Positions 45,589-54,445 of a DNA stretch of 63,644 nucleotides are shown piece after piece. A model generated the notes under the pieces. The model was not told the DNA's origin, did not search any database, and was given only the letters and a program-made list of their open reading frames with translations. The stretch covers positions 30,668-94,311 of the forward strand of contig CAZNUS010000001.1 of NCBI GenBank assembly GCA_964576385.1. The letters run 5' to 3'. Position numbers and translations under genes: made by a program. This stretch comes from an uncultured Methanosarcinales archaeon (GTDB lineage: Archaea; Nanobdellota; Nanobdellia; Woesearchaeales; GW2011-AR9). Position 1 is the stretch's first letter. Every line of letters begins with the position of its first letter.

Positions 45589-46311
45589 TTATGTATTGGT
45601 ATCCAATAGGTTAACTCCACCGCCAAAACTTAAATCTCCCGCATCCCCTAACCCAGGAACAATATATCCTCGCCCATCTAGTTTTTGATCTATTACTGCA
45701 GTATAGACTTTGCTCCTAGGGACGCTACCTAAAAATCGCTCAATTCCCTGAGTTGTTGCTATTACTGAAAGTGCAATAGTTTCTTTTGGCGTGCCATAAA
45801 GTTCGAATAATGATTGACAAGTTGTTACTAAGCTGCATCCTGTTGCCAGCATTGGATCGGGAATCAATAAGGTTGTTCCAGTCAAGTCCCGCAATGCCGG
45901 GGGAACGTTAACATAATTTAATTTTACTCCAATCGCTCCTTTTCCATCATAGGTATCTTCGATACGTTTTGCGTCAACAAACGCTACTGGAGCTTCTTCG
46001 AACACTTCTTGCACACCATAAGTCATGGATAATCCTGCTCGAAGAATGCAAAGTATCCCTACATTTCCTTTTAATTGTCTATAATCCGCAGTTCCTCCAT
46101 GTCCTACTACTTCTCTAATTCTTAATCCTTCAGGCGTACTCTGCTGAAACAAATCCTGCCGAACTTTAGCTGCCAATTCCTTTCCGACAGTTTGAGTATT
46201 TCTTCTAAACAATGCACTAGATTGTTGTAATCTTCTATTCCGCATCTGAGCAACTACTTGTTCTAATGTGGGATGGACAAAAACCCCGCTACCTTCTTCA
46301 AAATAATCCAT
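45589..46311 (-). CDS. upp: uracil phosphoribosyltransferase
   Basis: PRPP loop LLIPDPMLATGCS and uracil-binding IVPGLGDAGD. Confidence 0.85.
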   Translation of the reverse strand: MDYFEEGSGVFVHPTLEQVVAQMRNRRLQQSSALFRRNTQTVGKELAAKVRQDLFQQSTPEGLRIREVVGHGGTADYRQLKGNVGILCILRAGLSMTYGVQEVFEEAPVAFVDAKRIEDTYDGKGAIGVKLNYVNVPPALRDLTGTTLLIPDPMLATGCSLVTTCQSLFELYGTPKETIALSVIATTQGIERFLGSVPRSKVYTAVIDQKLDGRGYIVPGLGDAGDLSFGGGVNLLDTNT

Positions 46312-46560
46312 TATCCCATCGTCTCCTTAATTGTTTGATTCACAAAATTCTTGAAATAAATAAAACTCTTAATATATACACCTTTAAATTGTTGTGAAGA
46401 AGCTATTAATTTTGTCATCAAAAGTAAAATATGCCTAAGAATATTATAAAAAGATTTCTACTATCGGGTATATAGGTTAAGCAAGGATTCGGTTTATCAC
46501 GAATGTTAGTATAAATACGAAATATTTATATATGTTATACTATTTAGAACAATTGTTATA

Positions 46561-47157
46561 ATGATTAGAACAATAATCTCTAAGCAGTATTGGAATATTT
46601 TCCAGCTATTTTATGCTAATCATAATAATCCTTTACATTTACGAGATATATCTAGAAAGATAAAATTAAAAGAAAGTGCTACTAGCAGGCATTTACACGC
46701 TTTAGAAAATAATAATATTCTTAAAAGTCAAAAAGATGCTAATCTTAGGAAATATTGTTTAAAAAAACAAGCTATACCGGAAATTTTCTCATTGTTTGAC
46801 GATGAAAAACTAGGGCATTTACCATTATTAAGAAAAAATGCTATTAAAGAATACTTAGCTGCTTTAAAAAACAAGCCCATTTTGATGGTTATCTTTGGCT
46901 CAACAGCAAAAGGAAATTACACCGATAATTCTGATGTTGATATTTTAGAAATATTTTCTAACAAGACTGAGACTACCAAAGCAAAGTCTCATGCTGGATC
47001 ACTTACCGGGCTAAAGATCCAGTCATTTCAGATAACTGAAGCAGATTTTTATAAAGAATTAAAAATGAAAGAAGATATGGTGATACAATCGGCTTTAAAT
47101 ACTGGATTCCCCGTATTCAATAATAAATTTTTTTATGAGTTGATTTATAATGGATGA
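46561..47157 (+). CDS. minimal nucleotidyltransferase (MNT) with an N-terminal winged-helix domain; antitoxin-type partner of HEPN
   Basis: An ArsR-like wHTH (LHLRDISRKIKLKESATSRHLHALENNNILK) is followed by the NTase motif VIFGSTAKGNYTDNSDVDILEIF. Confidence 0.7.
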   Translation: MIRTIISKQYWNIFQLFYANHNNPLHLRDISRKIKLKESATSRHLHALENNNILKSQKDANLRKYCLKKQAIPEIFSLFDDEKLGHLPLLRKNAIKEYLAALKNKPILMVIFGSTAKGNYTDNSDVDILEIFSNKTETTKAKSHAGSLTGLKIQSFQITEADFYKELKMKEDMVIQSALNTGFPVFNNKFFYELIYNG

Positions 47158-47176
47158 ATTTCATCTAAAAAAGTTA

Positions 47177-47271
47177 TTATAGTAAATTGCAAAAATAATG
47201 GAACTTTTTATGTGCAATTTACTATTTAGCAAATCTCACAAATGTTCAATAATTAATGAGATTTGCTATTA
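47177..47271. repeat. double-hairpin element, family C copy 2 (95 bp)
   Basis: Identical to 30462-30556. It lies between the MNT and HEPN genes and contains the only in-frame start candidate (TTG at 47263) for the HEPN ORF. Confidence 0.9.
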
Positions 47272-47757
47272 GCATCTAAAAATGAGCTAAATAAGAAAAT
47301 AGACACTTACTTGCATGATAAACAGATTTTTACTATTTCTGAAGAAGTTAACGAAATAAAAGGGCACTTGGAAAAAGCCGGGCATAATCTAAGATTTGTA
47401 GAGCACACTACAAAAACAGATTTTTCCGATTGGGTGTTGGTAGGCTGTTATTACACTTTGTATCATGCGGCTTTGGCTTTATTGCTGAAGAAAGGTTTAT
47501 TTTCAAAAAATCATGATGCTACTTTATGTCTTTTGATTAGAGAGTATTACAAAGAATTTTCAGAAGATGAATTTGAATTAATCAATTTTACTTTTCTGAA
47601 TAATGAAGATATCTTATTCTATATCCATGCTAAAGATAAGCGTGAACAAGCTTCTTATTCGACAAAGATTGCTTTTAAAAATTCTGATGTTAATCTAATA
47701 GTTCTAAAAACACGGCTTTTATTCAATAAGGCCAAAGAGATAATTACTAGCGAATGA
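47263..47757 (+). CDS. HEPN-domain protein (start uncertain; possibly 5'-disrupted)
   Basis: All-helical, about 160 aa, with GHLEKAGHNLRFVEH and KDKREQASYS (an R-x4-SY HEPN-like motif). It follows an MNT gene, which is the classic MNT/HEPN arrangement. There is no in-frame ATG near the 5' end. Confidence 0.55.
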   Translation: MLLASKNELNKKIDTYLHDKQIFTISEEVNEIKGHLEKAGHNLRFVEHTTKTDFSDWVLVGCYYTLYHAALALLLKKGLFSKNHDATLCLLIREYYKEFSEDEFELINFTFLNNEDILFYIHAKDKREQASYSTKIAFKNSDVNLIVLKTRLLFNKAKEIITSE

Positions 47758-47783
47758 TCTAGATGGTTTAATCTTATCTATCA

Positions 47784-48821
47784 TTACCCGCCAAAAAATC
47801 CGCTCAGTCCTTTCTGTCCTAAACTTTTCTGTTCCTGCTTTAATTTATCTAATTTACTGCGGACCCTTTCATCGTTGAAATCATGCTTTTTCACTAAAAT
47901 TTCGATGAGCTCTTTTTCATCAATCTTTCTCCATTTCAGTTCATAATCATCAGTTACTGGCATATTCACGATAGTAGTAAAGATTTCTTTCCAATCCAGA
48001 TCAGGGTAGTGCTTGTTCCATTCCACTTTATCAAAGACTTCATCGGTTGGTACTTCCTTAACTAAAGCTAAAGCTTTTTTCGGTCCTATCCCTTTAACAC
48101 CTCCAGGATTATAATCCGTACCTACCAAAATAGCAATTACTACCAACTGATCAAAAGTAATAGCCAGATTGCTCAATACTTCTTTCAAGGAAATAAGCTC
48201 CGGTTTGACATTAACAAAAGCGAACTTTCCTGCTCTTTTACGTTTCCCGGCAATGGATAAATTTCTTACCAGTAACGTAGCTTTAAAGATTAAATTATCA
48301 TAGTCTTGTGAAATGACAGCATAAGCATCTCCTTTTTTGACAATATGCGCGGCCTGCGCTTCTCCTTCAGAAGGTGCTTGGACTATCGGCAAACCTAGTG
48401 CAGAAATAACTTCTTTGGCATCAGCAATCATCTCTTTTGATAAAACGGCGGTGCGAGAAGCAAATTTTTTCATCGCTTCAATATCTCCAGCTTCTTCTGC
48501 CTCCTTTAATTTGAAAGCAGCTTCTTGTTTTACTGCCGAGCGTTTCTCCCAGGTTTTTCTCTTAATCTCCGGTGCTTTTCCATCGAAAACAAAGATCAAT
48601 TTCAGTCCTTCTTCCATCAGGGAAGTAGTCCGGTTAAATAAGCCGATAAGATGAGAAGTTACATTCCCATGGCTGTCCAGCAAAGCCGAACCGTCAGCAC
48701 TTCTGATGGTAGTCAGAAATTGATATAACATGTTCATGGCATCTACTGCTAAAACTTTATCTTTAAGATCGCTGATAGAGATTTCTTTCTTTACCACTAA
48801 ATCTTTGAATTGCAGTCCCAT
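47784..48821 (-). CDS. fen: flap endonuclease 1
   Basis: N-terminus MGLQFKDLV...AVDAMNMLYQFL, XPG N and I regions, and a C-terminal PIP box QKGLSGFF. Confidence 0.92.
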   Translation of the reverse strand: MGLQFKDLVVKKEISISDLKDKVLAVDAMNMLYQFLTTIRSADGSALLDSHGNVTSHLIGLFNRTTSLMEEGLKLIFVFDGKAPEIKRKTWEKRSAVKQEAAFKLKEAEEAGDIEAMKKFASRTAVLSKEMIADAKEVISALGLPIVQAPSEGEAQAAHIVKKGDAYAVISQDYDNLIFKATLLVRNLSIAGKRKRAGKFAFVNVKPELISLKEVLSNLAITFDQLVVIAILVGTDYNPGGVKGIGPKKALALVKEVPTDEVFDKVEWNKHYPDLDWKEIFTTIVNMPVTDDYELKWRKIDEKELIEILVKKHDFNDERVRSKLDKLKQEQKSLGQKGLSGFFGG

Positions 48822-48845
48822 TTTAGAATAACAATAAGCGATTAT

Positions 48846-50072
48846 TTAATTAACTTTCCTCACTACTACATTCTCAAATGCTTTAGCTTCTAACATCTCT
48901 TCGGCTTTCTTACCCAATTCTTCGGTGTATAAGAATAACAAAGGCATCTTTTTCATCTGCGCTTCCATATACGCTGAAGATAGGTCTTTTTCGTCACAGC
49001 GTTTTTTATTTTTTGCTTTACAATAATAAGTGATTTCTCCAACTGCTGAAGGAACTTTTAAGATGAAACTCATCTCAGCATTCTTTCGGATAGTTTCTTT
49101 TTGTTCAATATCAACCTTCAGATGGCGGAAAAACTTCTCCAGCTGCGGTAGGAAGGTGTCCTCTATAGGTTTACGAATTTCTTTAATGAGACTTTTCTCC
49201 TTTGATAAGGTGGACTCTTTCTTTTGGTCAACATCTTCTATATTGTTTATACGTTTATTTTCTCTTTGCTCAAACTGTTCTAAATTATTATTCTCCTCCC
49301 TATTTTTTATTTCTGATGGCTGACGAATAGTTATTGATGGTGTATTCTCAGTGTTATCATCCTTTAGCATATTATCTTTATTATAGCCTACCTCCGCTTT
49401 ATAACTGCTAGAAGAATCATTCAACGGTTTATAACTTGTTGTCGGTAATTCATTTCTTGCTTCTATAGGGGGTGGTAATGGAGAAACAGGTATTTGAGTT
49501 GAGTTACCATTATTACCCTTGTTCTTATTATTACCCTTTTCATCACCATTATAATTATTATTAGTACCACTATTATTATTATTATTATTATTATTATTAT
49601 CATTATTTTTATTATCACTTAAAGAAATACCATCAAGATAATTTCCGATATTAACATTGGCTTCTTCGGTAGAAAGAAGGTGCCATTTCCAAAACAGTTC
49701 TGTTTTTCCTTCAAAGCTAACATGTAATGGTACGGAGAAATCCTTCATTGACCTTAAGGACACTTTTTCCAGCAGGTCTAGATCTTTTTCCCGCAGTATC
49801 TTTTTTTCTTTTAATTTTTCTAAAACTTGGAAATCTTTTGGGTTAAGATTGTTGGAGGCAAATTTAAACAGTTGCTCTTCCTGTCCCGGCAGATAATAAA
49901 GAGGCGAACCGCCTACTTTTAGATTAGAAATTTTCACTTTTCCTCTTGACGCTAGATCAGAAAGGCTGGCGGAAGTGATTAATAATTGCTGGTTGATATG
50001 TTTTCCTACTTTTGTCGGTAAACTAGGTCCAGCCATCCGAAGAAAAGAAAGTATCCTGTCTTGATCATCCAT
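48846..50072 (-). CDS. hypothetical protein: N-terminal winged-helix-like domain, Asn-rich low-complexity linker, C-terminal globular domain
   Basis: ILSFLRMAGPSLPTKVGKHINQQLLITSASLSDLASRGKV is wHTH-like. A poly-N tract is encoded by (ATT)9 at 49572-49600. The C-terminal ~110 aa could be PD-(D/E)xK-like, but that is a guess. Confidence 0.4.
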   Translation of the reverse strand: MDDQDRILSFLRMAGPSLPTKVGKHINQQLLITSASLSDLASRGKVKISNLKVGGSPLYYLPGQEEQLFKFASNNLNPKDFQVLEKLKEKKILREKDLDLLEKVSLRSMKDFSVPLHVSFEGKTELFWKWHLLSTEEANVNIGNYLDGISLSDNKNNDNNNNNNNNNSGTNNNYNGDEKGNNKNKGNNGNSTQIPVSPLPPPIEARNELPTTSYKPLNDSSSSYKAEVGYNKDNMLKDDNTENTPSITIRQPSEIKNREENNNLEQFEQRENKRINNIEDVDQKKESTLSKEKSLIKEIRKPIEDTFLPQLEKFFRHLKVDIEQKETIRKNAEMSFILKVPSAVGEITYYCKAKNKKRCDEKDLSSAYMEAQMKKMPLLFLYTEELGKKAEEMLEAKAFENVVVRKVN

Positions 50073-50130
50073 ACAAGATTAGGGATGATAAAACTTTATA
50101 AGATTTTTGGGGGTGAAGACGTTAGAAATT

Positions 50131-51621
50131 TTAGTTTTTGATCTTTATATTTCCATTATTTATTTCAATGACTTGGTTGTCGTTAAGAATTCTGGTGGCA
50201 TGTTGTACACCAACTAGGCAAGGTATCCCTAACTCTCTGGCAATAATAGCTGCATGACAAGCAATCCCGCCTTCTTCAGTGATTAATGCTTTAATTTTTC
50301 TTAAATAGGGTGCAAAATCCTGTCGTGTCATTGTAGTTACTAAGATATCATTTTGTTCAATTTTAGAGAGATCCTTGTTAGTATATACTATTTTGACGTT
50401 ACCTTGGACATTTCCTGGAGAAGCAGTAGTTCCTGCAAGAGATGGCATTTTTTCTAGTATTGGAGTCAGTCCTAATCTTTTTGCTTCTTCTTTAGCTTCT
50501 GTTCCAGAGATGATTGAAACATTATCTCCTATCTGTTTCAGCAGAAATGATTCCTTTCTTCTGCTTAGCTCATCTTGATCAAATACTATTCCGTTTTTCA
50601 GATGGTATAACAACTCCTGGTCGGTTAATAAAACAACCTCATCTAAAAGTAGCCCTATCTTTGATCCAAGGTCGCTATAAAATCTCCTAAGGTGGAAATT
50701 CAATTTTTGCCTGACCGTATCAGCATAATCTCGAAAAAATACTGCTTTTTTTAACATGGATAGAAGATCTTGAAATTTAACTTTAGAATTACACAATGTA
50801 GAATCACTCAATTCATTTTTATTTATCAAGAATTGCTCATGTGTATTGCTAGAATTTAGCTGTTGAATAACTTTTTCAAATTCTTCAGTTCTAATCTTAA
50901 AATTCTCTTGTATCTTTTTTAGTTCTTCTTGAGGTTTTTTAATATGTTCTAATTCTCTGGAAAAATGTTCCAGGTCATAAGGATCGTGGTCGAAATCAAA
51001 TAATGGCATATGCTTATACTTCTCTGTATGTGCCTGCAGTTCTTTCTTTAATTCTTCCGCAGTAAAGCTCTCTTTTTGTATCGCTATCTGCAGTAAGTCT
51101 ACTTTTTCCATCATCACATAGTTTGGCTTTAACGGTACAGAAAGAACTCTTAAAAATTCTGCTATCTCTTCTTCGCTTTTCCCTGCCTTTTTTAATACTT
51201 TCTCAATCTGTAAGTCTATCCGGTGGCATATTCTGTAAGCCATCCACTTTCTAGGATAAAAATCACCATGGAAGAATAGAACCTTTTCAAATAATTCTCC
51301 CAATTTCTGCCCTGGCCAGTTTTGATAATCCAGTAGAAGCAACTTTATTAATTCATATTTTTCTTCCAGAGTTTCTTTAGCTTCTGGGATCATGCTTAAA
51401 ACAAATTCCCTGTTGGAAAATTCACCATCAATGTGCTGATTAAATAGTTGATGTTGTTCTTGATCAAAAAAATAATCAGTTCTTTTTCCATCAAAATACG
51501 TGATAGTATTAAAAATACCTGTGCCATACCTCTCTTTAAAATGTTTCCCTATACCTCTATTCCATGCTAAAGCTCCAGGTACGGCTAATCGTCTAGTATT
51601 GCATAATTCCCATGTAATCAT
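50131..51621 (-). CDS. protein with a C-terminal PEP-utilising-enzyme mobile (swivel phospho-His) domain and an unrecognised helical N-terminal region
   Basis: LVTTMTRQDFAPYLRKIKALITEEGGIACHAAIIARELGIPCLVGV matches the swivel domain, including the phospho-His context GG-x-x-x-H-A-A-I-x-A-R-E. I did not recognise an ATP-grasp or PEP/pyruvate domain. Confidence 0.6.
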   Translation of the reverse strand: MITWELCNTRRLAVPGALAWNRGIGKHFKERYGTGIFNTITYFDGKRTDYFFDQEQHQLFNQHIDGEFSNREFVLSMIPEAKETLEEKYELIKLLLLDYQNWPGQKLGELFEKVLFFHGDFYPRKWMAYRICHRIDLQIEKVLKKAGKSEEEIAEFLRVLSVPLKPNYVMMEKVDLLQIAIQKESFTAEELKKELQAHTEKYKHMPLFDFDHDPYDLEHFSRELEHIKKPQEELKKIQENFKIRTEEFEKVIQQLNSSNTHEQFLINKNELSDSTLCNSKVKFQDLLSMLKKAVFFRDYADTVRQKLNFHLRRFYSDLGSKIGLLLDEVVLLTDQELLYHLKNGIVFDQDELSRRKESFLLKQIGDNVSIISGTEAKEEAKRLGLTPILEKMPSLAGTTASPGNVQGNVKIVYTNKDLSKIEQNDILVTTMTRQDFAPYLRKIKALITEEGGIACHAAIIARELGIPCLVGVQHATRILNDNQVIEINNGNIKIKN

Positions 51622-51640
51622 TTTTATCCTTCCCTTTACT

Positions 51641-52381
51641 TTAAGATTTTTCCTTCTCCAAAATACTTCTTATTACACTGAATCCCTGCTCGGTCCTTCC
51701 TAGCTGTAGGCCTTGCGTATCATTTGTAATAACATCATTATCTGCAATTAAATATACCTCAAACCCATACCCATATCTTTTTTCTATCTCTTTGCTGGCA
51801 TCTACTGCGGCCATGATATCATTTACATTGTCATCACAATAATCAACTATCCTTGCTCCTCTTGCTCTAATTGCTTCATAAGCTCTGACCAGTATATCAG
51901 TGGTTTTCTTATTTCCAGTACCTGTTTCCTCGGAAGTCAATAGCGCTGAAACATACCCTTCCAGTCCTGCGCCATGAATAAAACTTCTAGCCATCTGATA
52001 CGTTCCTACGGTTATCATTACTGCTTCTTCTCCAGCAGAAGCTTCAAACTGTAATTGTTTTACAACGCCATTAAGTGCAGCAATAGAGATCTCTCCTATC
52101 CTTATTCCTTGTTCCTGCGCTTGCGAAACTTTTTTAGTGAAATCTACATCTATAAATAATTTTGATCTGATATCACTCTCCCTTGTTAATTTCCTGATTA
52201 CCTCATCCCTGTCAACTGCACTAGCTAATGTTCCTCCGAGATCATAGGCATGCACTATTTCTGATCTTGGATGATAAACTGGTGAAGAATGTTCCCCTGA
52301 GTAAGGCAAGGATATCATGCCTTCGGAAAGAGGTGAAGGAAAATGCCGGTATTCTCTTCCAAATATTGTTTCAGCAGTCAT
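51641..52381 (-). CDS. HAD-like fold protein with a degenerate motif I (hypothetical)
   Basis: VHAYDLGGTL lies where hhhDxDxT is expected. A later CDDNVNDI resembles HAD motif IV. The composition is R/G-rich. The call is weak. Confidence 0.3.
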   Translation of the reverse strand: MTAETIFGREYRHFPSPLSEGMISLPYSGEHSSPVYHPRSEIVHAYDLGGTLASAVDRDEVIRKLTRESDIRSKLFIDVDFTKKVSQAQEQGIRIGEISIAALNGVVKQLQFEASAGEEAVMITVGTYQMARSFIHGAGLEGYVSALLTSEETGTGNKKTTDILVRAYEAIRARGARIVDYCDDNVNDIMAAVDASKEIEKRYGYGFEVYLIADNDVITNDTQGLQLGRTEQGFSVIRSILEKEKS

Positions 52382-52437
52382 TTTATGAAGCTCACGCTAT
52401 TAGTTTCCTATATTACAGATAACCACTTCTATTTCTA

Positions 52438-52518
52438 ATTATGCAAAAAATAGCCAGAAAACCAGCGACTTTAGTCGCTTGATGAATGGCACTATTTCTC
52501 TGGCTATTTTGCATCCTA
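52438..52518. repeat. hairpin element, family F1 copy b (81 bp)
   Basis: Matches 38066-38146 at 78 of 81 positions. It lies in the divergent promoter region between 52381 and 52684. Confidence 0.9.
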
Positions 52519-52683
52519 TGATATTTTTTATTTTTCTTGTTCTTAATCTCTACTACAACCCATTTAAACTATCAAAACCATCTATTCTCTTTTTTGAAAT
52601 AGATGGACTATATTAATAATTGTGGTGGTAAACACCACCAAAATACCAAAAATTTAAAAATAGAAAGTATATTTTACCTTATT

Positions 52684-53433
52684 ATGTATGAAGAAATTCT
52701 CCGGGAGACAGGTCTTAGTTCTAATGAAGCTAAAGTGTACGAAGCGTTATTACATCTCGGGGAATCTTCGGTGCAGAAAATATCCATAAAATCTAAAGTA
52801 CATCGAAGAAATGTCTACGATTCCTTGGCAAAATTGATGGAAAAGGGTTTAGTTTCTGAGATTTTTATTAAAGGAGAGAAAAATTTTAAGGCTCAAAATC
52901 CTACCCGGCTTTTATCATTGTTAAAAGAGAAGGAAGAAAAGATTAGCAAAGACCTTCCAGAGATGCAGGCAAAATATGAATCCTTGGAAGAAAAGGAAGA
53001 TGCATATCTTTACAGGGGCGTAGAAGGAATAAAAAATTATCTCAATGATATCATTAAAACAAAGGAGACTGTTTATTTTATCGGTGCAAAAGGGATGTGG
53101 CTGGATCCGCGGCTGAAGCATTTTTTGCCTCAGTTTGAACGGGAAAGAAAAAGACTGGGAATAAAATTTAAGCATATCTTTGATCACGAAGTAAAAGAAC
53201 AGCTGCCGGAGATCTGCCGTCTAGTAGGCAAACCCTATAAATTTCTTCCCAAAGATTATTCTTCTCCGACCATGGTAGATATTTTTGGTGATTATGTAGT
53301 TACTTTTATCAGCGCAGGCAAAGTAGGCCAGCTTCCCGAAGAGCCGATACAATTTGTGATGAAATCTAGAAAACTAGCTGACGGCTACCGTAAATTCTGG
53401 CAGTTTATGTGGGATAATATTGCAGAAGATTGA
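52684..53433 (+). CDS. TrmB-family transcriptional regulator
   Basis: The start was refined to the ATG at 52684 (MYEEILRETGLSSNEAKVYEALLHLGESSVQKISIKSKVHRRNVYDSLAKLMEKGLV). Confidence 0.8.
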   Translation: MYEEILRETGLSSNEAKVYEALLHLGESSVQKISIKSKVHRRNVYDSLAKLMEKGLVSEIFIKGEKNFKAQNPTRLLSLLKEKEEKISKDLPEMQAKYESLEEKEDAYLYRGVEGIKNYLNDIIKTKETVYFIGAKGMWLDPRLKHFLPQFERERKRLGIKFKHIFDHEVKEQLPEICRLVGKPYKFLPKDYSSPTMVDIFGDYVVTFISAGKVGQLPEEPIQFVMKSRKLADGYRKFWQFMWDNIAED

Positions 53434-53493
53434 TGGTGTTAAAGATTAGATTTTATCATTTAAGAACTTGAGTATGTCCATTTTAAAGAGAGT

Positions 53494-54174
53494 CTAAGGT
53501 CTCATCCACTTTACTTCATAATAAGTAACATCATTTTCATCATCAACTACTGCTAATAACAGCCGTTTCTTGGTGCTGTGCGCTACTCTGTTCTTTGCCG
53601 AGAATTCATGCCATGTAAATACCGAAGCTTCGTGTACTGGGAAAATGATCCATCGGGCATGATCTTCTCCAGGCTTTACTCCACGATCATATACCCGGAA
53701 ATCTGCGCCAAATTTTAAAGCAGTTTTTATGATGTATCCTCTATTTCTTATATCTTTGAACACACAATAGCGTATCCAGAAATTAGGCTCTACTTTTTTT
53801 GCTTTTTTAACATATGCTTCAAAAGGCATGACTCTGCCTGATTCTGTCTTCACTTCTAATCTTCCTTTTTCCATGAGGTAAAGTGCTTCTAATAATGATA
53901 CTTCTACTTTCCCATTATCATCTAACGTGCCAAAACGCGATTGGTTGTATAATTCTCTGGCTTCATCAGAAGATTCGGTAATTACTTTTGTTTCTGCCAG
54001 AATTCCGTGGACTACTCTTTTCACTTTCTTTTCTATAGGTTCTTCAACAGTGCTAGCTGGAAGCATTTCTGCTTTTTTTTCTTCTACCTTTTCTTCTGCA
54101 GTTTCTTTATCTTCCAAATCCTCTAGTAGCGTCTCCTGTTCTTCTGCTTTTTTCTTTTTGGATTTCTTACTCAT
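53494..54174 (-). CDS. endA: tRNA-splicing endonuclease (tRNA-intron lyase) with an acidic/Lys-rich N-terminal extension
   Basis: The catalytic domain context is RNRGYIIKTALKFGADFRVYDRG...HARWIIF. Confidence 0.8.
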   Translation of the reverse strand: MSKKSKKKKAEEQETLLEDLEDKETAEEKVEEKKAEMLPASTVEEPIEKKVKRVVHGILAETKVITESSDEARELYNQSRFGTLDDNGKVEVSLLEALYLMEKGRLEVKTESGRVMPFEAYVKKAKKVEPNFWIRYCVFKDIRNRGYIIKTALKFGADFRVYDRGVKPGEDHARWIIFPVHEASVFTWHEFSAKNRVAHSTKKRLLLAVVDDENDVTYYEVKWMRP

Positions 54175-54222
54175 AGAACCTCGATTTGCCTAGTGATTTT
54201 TAAACGTTTGCTTTAGAAAAAA

Positions 54223-54381
54223 GTATTTGTTTAGCTCGGCGCGGTCATCTTTGTTTGCCGAGTTTTTGGTATTTACCGGAAAGTTCTATTTACCCGCCTT
54301 ACTAACCACACAACCATAATTTCATCGACGGTACATCTTTAGCGGGGCTCGGTAAACGACCGCCGGAAGCTAAACAAATAC
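54223..54381. repeat. long-hairpin element, family A copy 2 (159 bp)
   Basis: It has the same 24-nt termini as A1 and A3, but the interior differs and still pairs (GTTTGCCGAG/CTCGGTAAAC). The junction AAAAAAGTATTTGTTT is repeated just downstream at 54383-54398. Confidence 0.88.
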
Positions 54382-54445
54382 AAAAAAAGTATTTGTTTGA
54401 TCGATAATTAACTTGTTCTCAACCACCAAAAACCATATTTTAAGC

